In this document: positions 10,128 to 20,779 of the stretch, one piece after another | Numbering within the stretch: the first letter of the stretch is position 1 | How the letters are laid out: each line of letters begins with the position of its first letter | Assembly: GCF_053078305.1 (NCBI RefSeq) | Contig: NZ_CP166879.1 | Length of the DNA: 64,000 bases | Direction: 5' to 3' (one strand) | Translations under genes and position numbers: made by a program | Notes under the pieces: model-generated | Told to the model about the DNA's origin: nothing | The model's database searches: none | What the model saw: the letters and a program-made list of their open reading frames with translations, nothing else

Positions 10128-10922
10128 TTATTGACCATTGTCGCCTTCGCGGGTTAGCCACCAGGCCCCCAGGATCGGCAAGGTTGTTACCAACATAACC
10201 AGCAGTGCCACCACGTTAGTTACCGGTACATCACGCGGTCGCCCAAGCTGATTGAGCAACCACAACGGTAACGTTCGTTCATGACCTGCCGTAAAGGTCG
10301 TAACGATGATTTCATCGAACGACAAGGCAAACGCCAGCATTCCTCCTGCCAGTAACGCCGAACTGAGATTCGGCAACACTACGTAGCGGAAGGTTTGCCA
10401 GCCATTGGCCCCAAGATCCATTGACGCCTCAACCAGACTCCACGAGGTGCGGCGAAAACGGGCGATGACATTGTTAAACACCACCACTACGCAAAAAGTC
10501 GCATGGCCGACCACGATGGTGAAAAATCCCGGCTCCAGATTGATGGTTTTAAAAGCGGTTAATAGCGCCAGACCAGTGACAATGCCCGGCAGCGCAATGG
10601 GCAGCAGCAGTAACAGCGAAATGGCGTTTTTGCCGAAAAAGTCTCGTCGCCACAGCGCGGCAGCTGCAAGCGTCCCTAACACCAGCGCGATTAATGTCGC
10701 CAGCGCCGCCACTTTAAGTGACAGTGTCACGGCATCAAGAATATCACTACGCTGTGCTGCCACGCTAAACCAGCGCAGCGTCAGGCCTTGCGGTGGAAAA
10801 CTAAACGCCGCATCTTCAGTGTTAAACGCATAGGCGGCGATAATCAGGATAGGAAAATGTAGGAAAACTACGCCGCCCCAGGCCGCCAGTTTGAGGAAAA
10901 ACGGTGCGCGTTCAGAGTGCAT
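10128..10922 (-). CDS. ydcV: ABC transporter permease
   Basis: 264-aa polytopic ORF with ABC permease-type sequence; overlaps ydcU stop. Confidence 0.88.
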
Positions 10923-11853
10923 CGAACGCTCCCAGACGTTTCACGAACGCCAGGTACAGTGCGATGAGAACAATCGGCACCAGGGTGAATGCCGCCGCCA
11001 TCGGCATATTGCCAATCGCCCCCTGCTGGGAATAAACCATATTGCCGATAAAATATCCTGGAGGGCCAACCAGTTGCGGGACGATAAAATCACCCAGTGT
11101 GAGTGAGAAGGTAAAGATAGAGCCAGCGGCAATACCCGGGATCGCCAGCGGCAGCACCACATAGCGAAAGGTTTGTCGTGGACGTGCGCCGAGATCAGCT
11201 GACGCCTGCAACAATGACGGCGGCAAACGCTCAAGCGCCGCCTGCACGGGCAGGATCATGAACGGCAGCCAGATATAGAGAAACACCAGAAAGCGCCCCA
11301 GCCCGGAAGTTGACAGCGTATTGCCGCCCACCGCAGGTAATGTAAGGAACGCAGTCAGCAGTGGTTCCAGCCCCAGATGTTGTAAAAACCACTGAGCCAC
11401 GCCATCTTTTGCCAGCAATAACGTCCAGGCATAGGCTTTAACAATGTAGCTCGCCCACATCGGCAACATTACCGCGATATAAAAAAACGCTTTCATTTTT
11501 CCGCTGGTATAGCGCGCCATATACCACGCCATTGGAAAAGCCAGAATGGCGCTGGCGATAGTGACTGCCACAGCCATAGTCAGCGTGCGGAGAATGATGT
11601 CGTAATTTGCCGGATTAAACAGCGCACGGATGTTCGCCAGCGTCAGTTCCGGCGTTACCGACATGGTGAAATCGTCAAAGGTATAAAAGCCCTGCCATAA
11701 CAGCGTTAGCAGCGAGCCGAAATAGACAATGCCAAACCACATTAGCGGGCCAAGCAGCAGCAAAAACAGCCCCAGCCCCGGATTCCGCCAGAAGAAACCG
11801 GACACCTTACCCAGACCTGGACGTGAAGGTGATTGCAATACGTTCATCGCCAT
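10912..11853 (-). CDS. ydcU: ABC transporter permease
   Basis: 313-aa polytopic ORF; adjacent to ydcT. Confidence 0.88.
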
Positions 11854-12867
11854 TCACCTCTCCTCAACCAGCGGCACCATCACATCACGCGACCAGGAAA
11901 CCATCACCTGTTGTCCGGGCGTGAGCGTGGCAGGCAGTTCTTCGCCTGTCATATTGGCCTGACTCACCAGCAGTTTTTCACCGCCGTTCAATTTCAGTTC
12001 AAAACGAGTTGCCGCGCCCTGATATTGCACCGCCTGGATCGTGCCATTGGCCTGCAGTTCACCTGGGGTGTTGAGACGGATATGTTCCGGTCGTAGTGCG
12101 AAGCTTCCCGTCATGCCACAAAGTTTCTCTGCCATCAGTCCATCAAAAACATTCGATGTCCCAACGAATCCGGCAACAAACGGCGTGCGCGGGCGCATAT
12201 AGAGATCGCGCGGGGAATCGACCTGCTCAATGCGTCCATTATTGAAAACCGCCACACGATCGGACATCGATAACGCTTCGCCCTGATCGTGGGTAACGAA
12301 GATAAAAGTGATACCGAGAGACTGTTGCAGTTTTTTCAGTTCCAGCTGCATCTGCTCACGCAATTTGAGATCCAGTGCGCCGAGCGGTTCATCCAACAGC
12401 AATACGCGCGGTTCATTCACCAATGCTCTGGCGATAGCAACCCGCTGGCGCTGACCACCAGAAAGTTGTGACGGTTTACGTTGCCGTACAAACCCCAACG
12501 CCACTTTCTCCAGCGCCTCTTGCGCCATTGCGTGCCGCTGCTTTTTATTCACGCCTTTGACCATCAGCCCATAGGCGACGTTGTCAAGAATCGACATATG
12601 CGGAAATAGCGCGTAGTCCTGAAAGACAGTATTCACGTCCCGCTCCCACGGTGGCAGATTGCTGGCGGGTTTACCAAAGATAGAGATAGCCCCGCCGGAA
12701 AGCTGTTCGAAGCCAGCAATCAGGCGCAGGCAGGTGGTTTTGCCGGAGCCGGACGGCCCCAGCATAGAGAAGAACTCACCATCTTTTATCGCAATACTGA
12801 CGCCATCTACTGCGCGCACGTCACCGTACAACCGCGAGACGTTGTCAAACTCCACTGCGTACGTCAT
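11854..12867 (-). CDS. ydcT: ABC transporter ATP-binding protein
   Basis: ORF 11854..12924 trimmed to MTYAVEFDNV (337 aa); Walker A GPSGSGKTT, ABC signature LSGGQRQRVAIARAL, Walker B LLLDEP. Confidence 0.9.
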   Translation of the reverse strand: MTYAVEFDNVSRLYGDVRAVDGVSIAIKDGEFFSMLGPSGSGKTTCLRLIAGFEQLSGGAISIFGKPASNLPPWERDVNTVFQDYALFPHMSILDNVAYGLMVKGVNKKQRHAMAQEALEKVALGFVRQRKPSQLSGGQRQRVAIARALVNEPRVLLLDEPLGALDLKLREQMQLELKKLQQSLGITFIFVTHDQGEALSMSDRVAVFNNGRIEQVDSPRDLYMRPRTPFVAGFVGTSNVFDGLMAEKLCGMTGSFALRPEHIRLNTPGELQANGTIQAVQYQGAATRFELKLNGGEKLLVSQANMTGEELPATLTPGQQVMVSWSRDVMVPLVEER

Positions 12868-12884
12868 AAAGCACCCCAGCGAAG

Positions 12885-14030
12885 TTAGCGACCGCCCATA
12901 ATGGCAATGTAATCCTGCGTCCAACGACTGTAGGGAACAAACTTGCCCCCTTCTGCTATAGGCGTTTTCCAGAAGGCGATTTTGTCGAAATAGTTAAAAC
13001 CGTTGGTTTCACAACCTTTTTCGCCTAATAACGGACTGGCTTTACACCCTTCCGGCACTACCGGTAACGAGCCAAACCAGGCCGCCACATCGCCCTGCAC
13101 TTTTGGCGTTAATGACCAGTTCATCCATTTGTAGGCGCAAACCGGATGTTTCGCTTCGCTATGTAGCATGGTGGTGTCAGCCCAACCGGTAACGCCCTCC
13201 TTCGGGAAAACGGTAGCGACAGGCTGACCTTCGGCTTTCAAGGCGTTGGCCTGATAGGGCCAGGCACTGGAAGCGACCACACCCTCGTTTTTGAAATCGC
13301 TCATTTGCACGGTAGTGTCATGCCAGTAGCGATGGATCAAACTATGTTGATCACGCAGCACTTTCAGCACCGCCTGGTACTGTTCTTCGGTGAGTTGATA
13401 CGGATCGCTGATGCCCAACTGCGGCTGAGTGGCTTTAACGAACAACGCAGCGTCCGCAATGTAGATAGGGCCATCATAAGCCTGAACGCGGCCTTTATTG
13501 CTCTTGCCGTCCGGCAGATTCTGCTCAACAAAAACCACTTGCCAGCTATCCGGCGGCGTCGGGAAGGTTTTAGTGTTGTACATCAGCAGGTTCGGCCCCC
13601 ATTGGTAAGGTGTACCGTAAACTTTGCCGCCAACGTTAAACCAGTCGCCTTTAACCACGCGCGGATCGAGCGTTTTCCAGTTGGGAATCAATGCGGTATT
13701 AATCGGCTGCACGCGTTTACCCATAATCAAACGCAGCGAGGCATCGCCGGACGCCGTGACCAGATCGTAACCTCCTTTGGTCATCAGGCTGACCATTTCA
13801 TCGGAAGTCGCCGCAGTTTTCACATTCACCGCGCAGCCTGTCTCTTTTTCGAATTGCTTTACCCAGTCGTATTGTTTATCAGTTTGTCCGCGTTCGATAT
13901 ATCCCGGCCAGGCGATAATATCCAGTCGCCCTTCCGGTTTATCTAAATTGGTAGGAGGTTCGGCGGCGTGAGCGGTCATTATTGTCATGCTGAGCGCACA
14001 CAGGCTGCTGCGGGCAAATGTCTTGCTCAT
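12885..14030 (-). CDS. ydcS: Periplasmic substrate-binding protein (polyamine-type ABC system)
   Basis: 381-aa ORF with signal peptide MSKTFARSSLCALSMTIMTAHA. Confidence 0.9.
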   Translation of the reverse strand: MSKTFARSSLCALSMTIMTAHAAEPPTNLDKPEGRLDIIAWPGYIERGQTDKQYDWVKQFEKETGCAVNVKTAATSDEMVSLMTKGGYDLVTASGDASLRLIMGKRVQPINTALIPNWKTLDPRVVKGDWFNVGGKVYGTPYQWGPNLLMYNTKTFPTPPDSWQVVFVEQNLPDGKSNKGRVQAYDGPIYIADAALFVKATQPQLGISDPYQLTEEQYQAVLKVLRDQHSLIHRYWHDTTVQMSDFKNEGVVASSAWPYQANALKAEGQPVATVFPKEGVTGWADTTMLHSEAKHPVCAYKWMNWSLTPKVQGDVAAWFGSLPVVPEGCKASPLLGEKGCETNGFNYFDKIAFWKTPIAEGGKFVPYSRWTQDYIAIMGGR

Positions 14031-14274
14031 AATGTCTTACTCCTGTCGTAATTAATTGTTCAGCCGCCGTGCCGTAAAAATATCTCCTTGTTTAACCATA
14101 GACGGCGGCTTGCAGGCACACCTTCGCCCCTGAGAAAATTTAATCAGGTTGTGAGCTACCGCGCATTATGCCGTCTGTAAGGTTATCTTCTGGAGTATAG
14201 ACAAGGAGTTAGGAAATATGACTGCTATTCGAAATTCATATTACCCAATCTAAGAGGAATTAAATTAAACGCTA

Positions 14275-15681
14275 TTACAGCCGTTCTTGAATAAGTTTGC
14301 CTAATTGTTTTACCGCCTGTTCTTCACGTTCTCCCCACTGCCACGCGGTATTAAAACGAAAAAAACGTGACCAGTTTTCACCGGTAGAAAACATTTTACC
14401 CGGCGCAATACTGATATGATGCGTCAGTGCCGCCAGGCTCAATTCGCCGGCATCTAACGGCTCGGGGAGCTCCAGCCAGAGAAAATAACCGCTGTCATTA
14501 TGATGAATTTTCACTTCCGCAGGCAGATAACGCAGCAGTGCCTGCCAGGCACGTTGTTTACGTTCCGCAAGCTGGCGACGCAGGCGACGAAGATGGGCGT
14601 CGTATCGGCGCGTGGAAAGGTAATCCACCAGCGCAAGCTGCATCGGTGAGCTGGTGGAAAGCGTACTCATCAACTGCAAGCGTTGAATTTTACGTGCATG
14701 TTTTCCGGCGGCGACCCAACCAATACGAAAACCAGGCACCAGACATTTCGAAAACGAAGAGCAATGCAAAACGCCATCGTGGCGATCCCACGCTTTCGCA
14801 GGCAGCGGTTTTTCCCGTCCAAAATAAAGTTCGCTGTAAACGTCATCTTCAATCAGCGTTACGTTGTACTGATTGAGTAACGCCACCAGTTTTGCTTTTT
14901 TTTGCGGCGTTAAGGTAAATCCGAGTGGGTTCTGGCTATTAGTCATCAGCCAGCACGCTTTCACCGGATACTCCTGCAACGCCAGTTCCAGCGCCTGAAG
15001 ATCGATCCCTTCTTTAACATCCGTCGCTACCGATAACGCTTTCAGCCGTAGCCGTTCCAGCGCCTGCAACGCGCCATAGAAACAAGGATTCTCTACTATC
15101 ACCCAATCGCCCGGTTCAGTTACCGCTTGCAAACTGAGGTTTAATGCTTCTAACGCCCCGGCAGTGATGACAATTTCATCAGGAGAAATGGTGATGCCCT
15201 GTAAGGCATAGCGACGAGCAATAGCCTGACGCAGTTCTGCGTTTCCTGGCGGTAAGTTTTCAATCACACTCATCGCTGTGGCGGTTTTGCTTACCTGCGC
15301 CAGCGAGCGGTTTAGTTGTTGGAGGGGGAAAAGTCGCGGGTCGGGAAAGGCCGAGGCAAACGGAACGACCGACGGATCGCGACTGGCCTGCAACATATCA
15401 AAAATATAAGTGTTGATATCGACTGCTTCATCTCGAGTGACTGGAATGACTGGCACTTTCGGCATTTTTATTGCCTGTGGCGCAACGTAATAACCCGACT
15501 GCGGTCGTGCGATAATATATCCCTGACTTTCGAGCAACTGATAGGCATGGCTGACAGTCATAAAGCTCATGCCAGAAAGCGCCACCTGGTCACGCAACGA
15601 AGGCAAACGATCGCCGGGTTGCCAGATACCCGACGCAATCTGCTCGCGTAATTGTTCTGCAAGCTGCTGGTATTTTTTCAT
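14275..15681 (-). CDS. ydcR: MocR-family regulator (GntR HTH fused to aminotransferase-like domain)
   Basis: 468-aa ORF; N-terminal HTH (LPSLRDQVALSGMSFMTVSHAYQLL) and large PLP-fold C-terminal domain. Confidence 0.88.
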   Translation of the reverse strand: MKKYQQLAEQLREQIASGIWQPGDRLPSLRDQVALSGMSFMTVSHAYQLLESQGYIIARPQSGYYVAPQAIKMPKVPVIPVTRDEAVDINTYIFDMLQASRDPSVVPFASAFPDPRLFPLQQLNRSLAQVSKTATAMSVIENLPPGNAELRQAIARRYALQGITISPDEIVITAGALEALNLSLQAVTEPGDWVIVENPCFYGALQALERLRLKALSVATDVKEGIDLQALELALQEYPVKACWLMTNSQNPLGFTLTPQKKAKLVALLNQYNVTLIEDDVYSELYFGREKPLPAKAWDRHDGVLHCSSFSKCLVPGFRIGWVAAGKHARKIQRLQLMSTLSTSSPMQLALVDYLSTRRYDAHLRRLRRQLAERKQRAWQALLRYLPAEVKIHHNDSGYFLWLELPEPLDAGELSLAALTHHISIAPGKMFSTGENWSRFFRFNTAWQWGEREEQAVKQLGKLIQERL

Positions 15682-15759
15682 TATCGAATCGTAATTATGT
15701 GCAGATGATTCGGCAGTCTATATCAGTTGTTAAAAATGACAACTTTTCGTTAACTGTAA

Positions 15760-16176
<417 letters not shown>

Positions 16177-16221
16177 AATTTCGACTGTCTCTCGCATGTC
16201 ATTAACCTTTTTAATTGGCGA

Positions 16222-16398
16222 TTAACTCAAACCGAGTTGTTTCAGGATTGCTTTACGCAATGGTTCTTTAATCTCATCGCAGGGGTGACGCGGCATGACA
16301 CTGCGCATCCCATGAAACCTGAGTTTCAAATGGTTGCTGCCATTCGCTACATCGACGCCCTGAGATTCGAGCCAACGTCTGAACTCGCTTTGTTTCAC
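16222..16398 (-). CDS. hicA: HicA mRNA-interferase toxin (type II TA), GTG start
   Basis: Missed by ORF track (58 aa); hand translation of minus strand gives VKQSEFRRWLESQGVDVANGSNHLKLRFHGMRSVMPRHPCDEIKEPLRKAILKQLGLS; SD GGGAGG 5 nt upstream of GTG. Confidence 0.85.
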   Translation of the reverse strand: MKQSEFRRWLESQGVDVANGSNHLKLRFHGMRSVMPRHPCDEIKEPLRKAILKQLGLS

Positions 16399-16430
16399 AT
16401 CGCCTCCCTGCCGCTGAGTATATCAACAAA

Positions 16431-16448
16431 GTAAACATTTGTGTTTAC
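16431..16448. promoter_or_regulatory. Palindrome in hicAB promoter region (candidate operator)
   Basis: Perfect 7-bp inverted repeat GTAAACA-tttg-TGTTTAC about 35-50 bp upstream of hicA start; TATACT -10-like hexamer nearby on minus strand. Confidence 0.3.
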
Positions 16449-16619
16449 CTCCGTGCGTAATTTGCTCGAAAATAGCAATAAATCGCCGCAACGGCAGAAT
16501 GCAATGCAAAATCAGGAAGGAAGATTCCAGAATTTCTTTGCGCTAATTTGCAAAACTGAATAATAACCTAAAGAAACTATCGGCATCATAGCGGCAAAAG
16601 GTAAGAAAAAGGTGGCAGG

Positions 16620-16850
16620 ATGTTTACGAAGGCGTTATCGGTTGTCTTATTAACGTGTGCGCTGTTCTCAGGACAACTCATGGCAGGGCACAAAGGACAT
16701 GAATTTGTGTGGGTAAAGAATGTGGATCATCAGCTGCGTCATGAAGCGGACAGCGATGAATTGCGTGCTGTGGCGGAAGAGTCGGCGGAAGGTTTGCGCG
16801 AGCATTTTTACTGGCAAAAATCGCGCAAACCAGAAGCGGGACAACGTTGA
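16620..16850 (+). CDS. yncJ: Small secreted protein YncJ
   Basis: 76-aa ORF with signal peptide MFTKALSVVLLTCALFSGQLMA. Confidence 0.85.
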   Translation: MFTKALSVVLLTCALFSGQLMAGHKGHEFVWVKNVDHQLRHEADSDELRAVAEESAEGLREHFYWQKSRKPEAGQR

Positions 16851-16857
16851 GTCGTTT

Positions 16858-16893
16858 GATGCCGGATGCGGCGTAACGCCTTACCCGGCAGGC
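16858..16893. repeat. REP (repetitive extragenic palindromic) element
   Basis: gccggatgcggcgtaacgccttacccggc matches the E. coli REP consensus family; lies just after yncJ stop. Confidence 0.65.
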
Positions 16894-16941
16894 AATATCA
16901 TGCAGATTCAATGAGTGGTGAGTAACCAGAAAACTGGCGTT

Positions 16942-18903
16942 TTACCCTTTTCGCTTCGGCAATGTTTTCAGCAGCTCATCCGGACTTACGGATGCCACTA
17001 CGCTTCCCGGTAAAGGCATTTTCAGTATGTGATTTTTGATTTTGCCAATGACGTGCATCTCGCATGGGCGGCAATCAAACTTTAGCGTTAATACTTCATC
17101 GCCGTTAACCAGTTGCATTGGCGTAGCCTTCCAGCTTTTGATATTGCCTTTCGCTTGTTTCGGGCACAGATTAAAGGCAAAGCGCAGACAATGCTTGGTG
17201 ATCATCACCGGGACTTCGCCCTTCTCTTCATGTGCCTCATACGCCGCGTCAATCAGCTGCACACCATAGCGATGATAAAATTCACGTGCTTTCTGGTTGT
17301 AAACGTTCGCGAGGAAACTCAGATGCGTTTGCGGATAAACCGGCGCAGGATCAGCAACCGGTTTACGGCTGCCGCGCTGGTAACTGGCAAGACGCGCAGC
17401 ATCCAGCATGTCAGCAGCTTCACGGCGGAACTGGTTTAACAGACTGTTTGGTACAAACAGCGCCCCCGGCAAATTAATTTGCACATCGCGGGCGTAATAG
17501 ATGGTTTGCCCCAGTTTTGCCAGACCCTCCTTCAGATTGTTCATTGCTTTTTCGGCGTTATTGGCTTCGTCGAACTGCCCATCCAGCGTATGCGTGATGC
17601 TGACCCCCTCTTCACTGGTGAGGGTCAGAATCAATTGTTCCTGCCAACCGCCCAGTTCAATGTCTACCGCCACCCGACGTTCGCTGGAGGTTTTTGTCAG
17701 TGCCTGCTGCCAGTTATGATCAAGATTACGGTTTAGTGGGTGATGCGGGCGAATTTTGTGCAAATCTGCTGGCATTTCATTGGGCCAGACGCGGTACTGA
17801 TTTTCTCCGGTTTTCTCGACCGTATTGGCACGAAAACCGACGACTTCACGTTTAATCAACACGTTCAGGCCATCGCCATTTGCCAGTGGATCGGTAACGG
17901 CAACATCGAGATGATCTTTCGCCACTTTCAATACTTCACCCACCGGCAGGCCGATAAATTTCGGCGAATCGAACGCGCCAATATCGCCTTTACGGGCATT
18001 CACAAAATAATCTGTGCTACCACGATGGAAAGTCTTTTCCGTCGATGGAACAAAGAAATGTTCAGTACGACCTGATGAAGCGCGCGTCAGATCGCCACGT
18101 TCTTCAATAATGGCATCCAGCATCTGGCGATAATGGGCGGTGATATTCTTCACGTAGCTCATATCTTTGTAACGCCCTTCAATCTTGAAGGAGCGTACGC
18201 CAGCATCAATCAGCGCGCCGAGGTTGGCAGTCTGATCGTTATCTTTCATCGACAGCAGATGTTTTTCATAGGAAACCACCCGCCCCTGATCGTCTTTCAA
18301 AGTGTATGGCAAACGGCACGCCTGCGAGCAATCGCCACGGTTGGCGCTACGCCCTGTTTGCGCATGAGAAATGTAGCACTGACCCGAATAGGCCACGCAC
18401 AGTGCGCCATGAATAAAGAATTCAATGGTCGCGTCCGTGGCCTGGTGAATCGCGCGGATCTGATCAAGATTCAGCTCTCGCGCCAGCACAATCTGCGTGA
18501 AGCCAACATCAGAGAGGAACTTCGCTTTTTCTACTGTACGAATGTCGCACTGCGTACTGGCGTGCAGTTCAATCGGCGGAATATCAAGTTCCAGAATCCC
18601 CATATCCTGAACAATCAGCGCATCGACACCGGTCTGGTAGAGGTCAGTAATCAGCCGTTGCGCGGGTTCCAGCTCATCATCATGCAAAATGGTGTTAAGC
18701 GTGACGAAAATTTTTGCACCATAACGATGGGCAAACGGCACCAGCTCGGCAATATCTTTCAGGCTATTACTGGCATTATGACGGGCACCAAAACCAGGGC
18801 CGCCGATATAAACAGCATCGGCACCGTGCAAAATAGCTTCGCGGGCAATGGCGGCATCGCGTGCCGGGCTTAACAGTTCAAGTCGATGAGAAGATACGGT
18901 CAC
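16942..18903 (-). CDS. rlhA: Peptidase-U32-family protein RlhA (YdcP; 23S rRNA hydroxycytidine synthase)
   Basis: ORF 16942..18945 (GTG at 18945); start set at second in-frame GTG (VTVSSHRLELLSPA) to match my recalled 653-aa length; start uncertain by 14 codons. Confidence 0.85.
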   Translation of the reverse strand: MTVSSHRLELLSPARDAAIAREAILHGADAVYIGGPGFGARHNASNSLKDIAELVPFAHRYGAKIFVTLNTILHDDELEPAQRLITDLYQTGVDALIVQDMGILELDIPPIELHASTQCDIRTVEKAKFLSDVGFTQIVLARELNLDQIRAIHQATDATIEFFIHGALCVAYSGQCYISHAQTGRSANRGDCSQACRLPYTLKDDQGRVVSYEKHLLSMKDNDQTANLGALIDAGVRSFKIEGRYKDMSYVKNITAHYRQMLDAIIEERGDLTRASSGRTEHFFVPSTEKTFHRGSTDYFVNARKGDIGAFDSPKFIGLPVGEVLKVAKDHLDVAVTDPLANGDGLNVLIKREVVGFRANTVEKTGENQYRVWPNEMPADLHKIRPHHPLNRNLDHNWQQALTKTSSERRVAVDIELGGWQEQLILTLTSEEGVSITHTLDGQFDEANNAEKAMNNLKEGLAKLGQTIYYARDVQINLPGALFVPNSLLNQFRREAADMLDAARLASYQRGSRKPVADPAPVYPQTHLSFLANVYNQKAREFYHRYGVQLIDAAYEAHEEKGEVPVMITKHCLRFAFNLCPKQAKGNIKSWKATPMQLVNGDEVLTLKFDCRPCEMHVIGKIKNHILKMPLPGSVVASVSPDELLKTLPKRKG

Positions 18904-18975
18904 ATTCTTATCCAGTAGCTGAAAAATGGCGGCTATTTTAGCCACAAGCGCGACGTTGCGAAATAGTTTTCCCGC

Positions 18976-19512
18976 TTAACTGCGCGGGTAATGGATGAGG
19001 GAATGAAAATGTACGGTTTGCTCCCCACCATTACGATAGATATGCGTGACGTCTGCAGCAAATCGAACGCCTTCCCCACAATTAAGGCTCTGCCATTCAC
19101 CATCAACGCACAGATCAAGTTGTCCATCAATGACGACGACATGTTCGATTACCCCCTTCTCATGGGGCGTCGATTCGCTTATTGCACCGGGTGCCATCTG
19201 AATCGAGAAGTGTTCAAAGCAGAGTTGTGGATCATAAGGAAACAGCGAAATGATCACCATCGCCTGCTGTTGTGGATCATAAACTGAAGGCGTAGCGGAC
19301 TGTGGCGGAGAAATAAATGTCGAAAATGGCACGTTCAACCCAGTGGCAATTTTCCATAATGTCGCGACCGTCGGGCTGGACTCATTACGCTCAATCTGTC
19401 CTAACATTGCTTTAGAAACGCCCGTCGCTTCTGCCAGTCGCGAAAGACTCCAGCCGCGCTGCTGACGTAGTTGTTTAAGTGTGGTGGATAAAAAGCGAGC
19501 GAGATTTTCCAT
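18976..19512 (-). CDS. ydcN: XRE-family HTH regulator with C-terminal cupin domain
   Basis: 178-aa ORF; HTH LKQLRQQRGWSLSRLAEATGVSKAMLGQIERNES. Confidence 0.88.
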   Translation of the reverse strand: MENLARFLSTTLKQLRQQRGWSLSRLAEATGVSKAMLGQIERNESSPTVATLWKIATGLNVPFSTFISPPQSATPSVYDPQQQAMVIISLFPYDPQLCFEHFSIQMAPGAISESTPHEKGVIEHVVVIDGQLDLCVDGEWQSLNCGEGVRFAADVTHIYRNGGEQTVHFHSLIHYPRS

Positions 19513-19603
19513 GCGACTCCTCCGGCAAAACGGAAGTTTATCACTTGTGCGTTATAACGGACAAATGCTACGGTGCCTGTACGCTATAACGCACGAGGTG
19601 ACT

Positions 19604-20779
19604 ATGCGTCTGTTTTCTGTTCCCCCACCCACGCTACTGGCGGGGTTTCTGGCGGTATTAATTGGCTACGCCAGTTCAGCGGCAATAATCTGGCAAGCAG
19701 CGATTGTCGCCGGAGCCACCACTGCACAAATCTCTGGCTGGATGACGGCGCTGGGGCTGGCAATGGGCGTCAGTACGCTGACTCTGACATTATGGTATCG
19801 CGTACCTGTTCTCACCGCATGGTCAACGCCTGGCGCGGCTTTGTTGGTCACCGGATTGCAGGGACTAACACTTAACGAAGCCATCGGCGTTTTTATTGTC
19901 ACCAACGCGTTAATAGTCCTCTGCGGCATAACGGGACTCTTTGCTCGTCTGATGCGCATTATTCCGCACTCGCTTGCGGCGGCAATGCTTGCCGGGATTT
20001 TATTACGCTTTGGTTTACAGGCGTTTGCCAGTCTGGACGGTCAATTTACGTTGTGTGGAAGTATGTTGCTGGTATGGCTGGCAACCAAGGCCGTTGCGCC
20101 GCGCTATGCGGTAATTGCCGCGATGATTATTGGGATCGTGATCGTTATCGCGCAAGGTGACGTTGTCACAACTGATGTTGTCTTTAAACCCGTTCTCCCC
20201 ACTTATATTACCCCTGATTTTTCGTTTGCTCACAGCCTGAGCGTTGCACTCCCCCTTTTTCTGGTGACGATGGCATCGCAAAACGCACCGGGTATCGCAG
20301 CAATGAAAGCAGCCGGGTATTCGGCTCCTGTTTCGCCATTAATTGTATTTACTGGATTGCTGGCACTGGTTTTTTCCCCTTTCGGCGTTTATTCCGTCGG
20401 TATTGCGGCAATCACCGCGGCTATTTGCCAAAGCCCGGAAGCGCATCCGGATAAAGATCAACGTTGGCTGGCAGCTGCCGTTGCAGGCATTTTTTATTTG
20501 ATCGCAGGTCTGTTTGGTAGTGCTATTACCGGGATGATGGCTGCCCTGCCCGTAAGTTGGATCCAGATGCTGGCAGGTCTGGCGCTGTTAAGTACCATTA
20601 GCGGCAGTTTGTATCAGGCGCTGCATAATGAGCGTGAGCGAGACGCGGCGGTGGTGGCATTTCTGGTAACGGCAAGTGGATTGACGCTGGTCGGGATTGG
20701 TTCTGCGTTCTGGGGATTAATTGCCGGAGGCGTTTGTTACGTGGTGTTGAATTTAATCGCTGACAGAAACCGATATTGA
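19604..20779 (+). CDS. ydcO: BenE-family inner-membrane transporter
   Basis: ORF 19481..20779; start set at ATG 19604 (MRLFSVPPPTLLAGF) preceded by gaggtg SD; 391 aa, polytopic. Confidence 0.85.
   Translation: MRLFSVPPPTLLAGFLAVLIGYASSAAIIWQAAIVAGATTAQISGWMTALGLAMGVSTLTLTLWYRVPVLTAWSTPGAALLVTGLQGLTLNEAIGVFIVTNALIVLCGITGLFARLMRIIPHSLAAAMLAGILLRFGLQAFASLDGQFTLCGSMLLVWLATKAVAPRYAVIAAMIIGIVIVIAQGDVVTTDVVFKPVLPTYITPDFSFAHSLSVALPLFLVTMASQNAPGIAAMKAAGYSAPVSPLIVFTGLLALVFSPFGVYSVGIAAITAAICQSPEAHPDKDQRWLAAAVAGIFYLIAGLFGSAITGMMAALPVSWIQMLAGLALLSTISGSLYQALHNERERDAAVVAFLVTASGLTLVGIGSAFWGLIAGGVCYVVLNLIADRNRY

Noticed and set aside
14217-14252. 11-codon ORF MTAIRNSYYPI with a strong AAGGAG SD between ydcS and ydcR
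   Set aside because: Lies on the strand opposite both flanking genes in a 244-bp AT-rich spacer; too short to judge and most likely a chance SD-ATG pair. Ribosome profiling would be needed to revive it.
16237-16434. 65-aa plus-strand ORF overlapping hicA
   Set aside because: Antisense to the hand-verified hicA frame; no SD.
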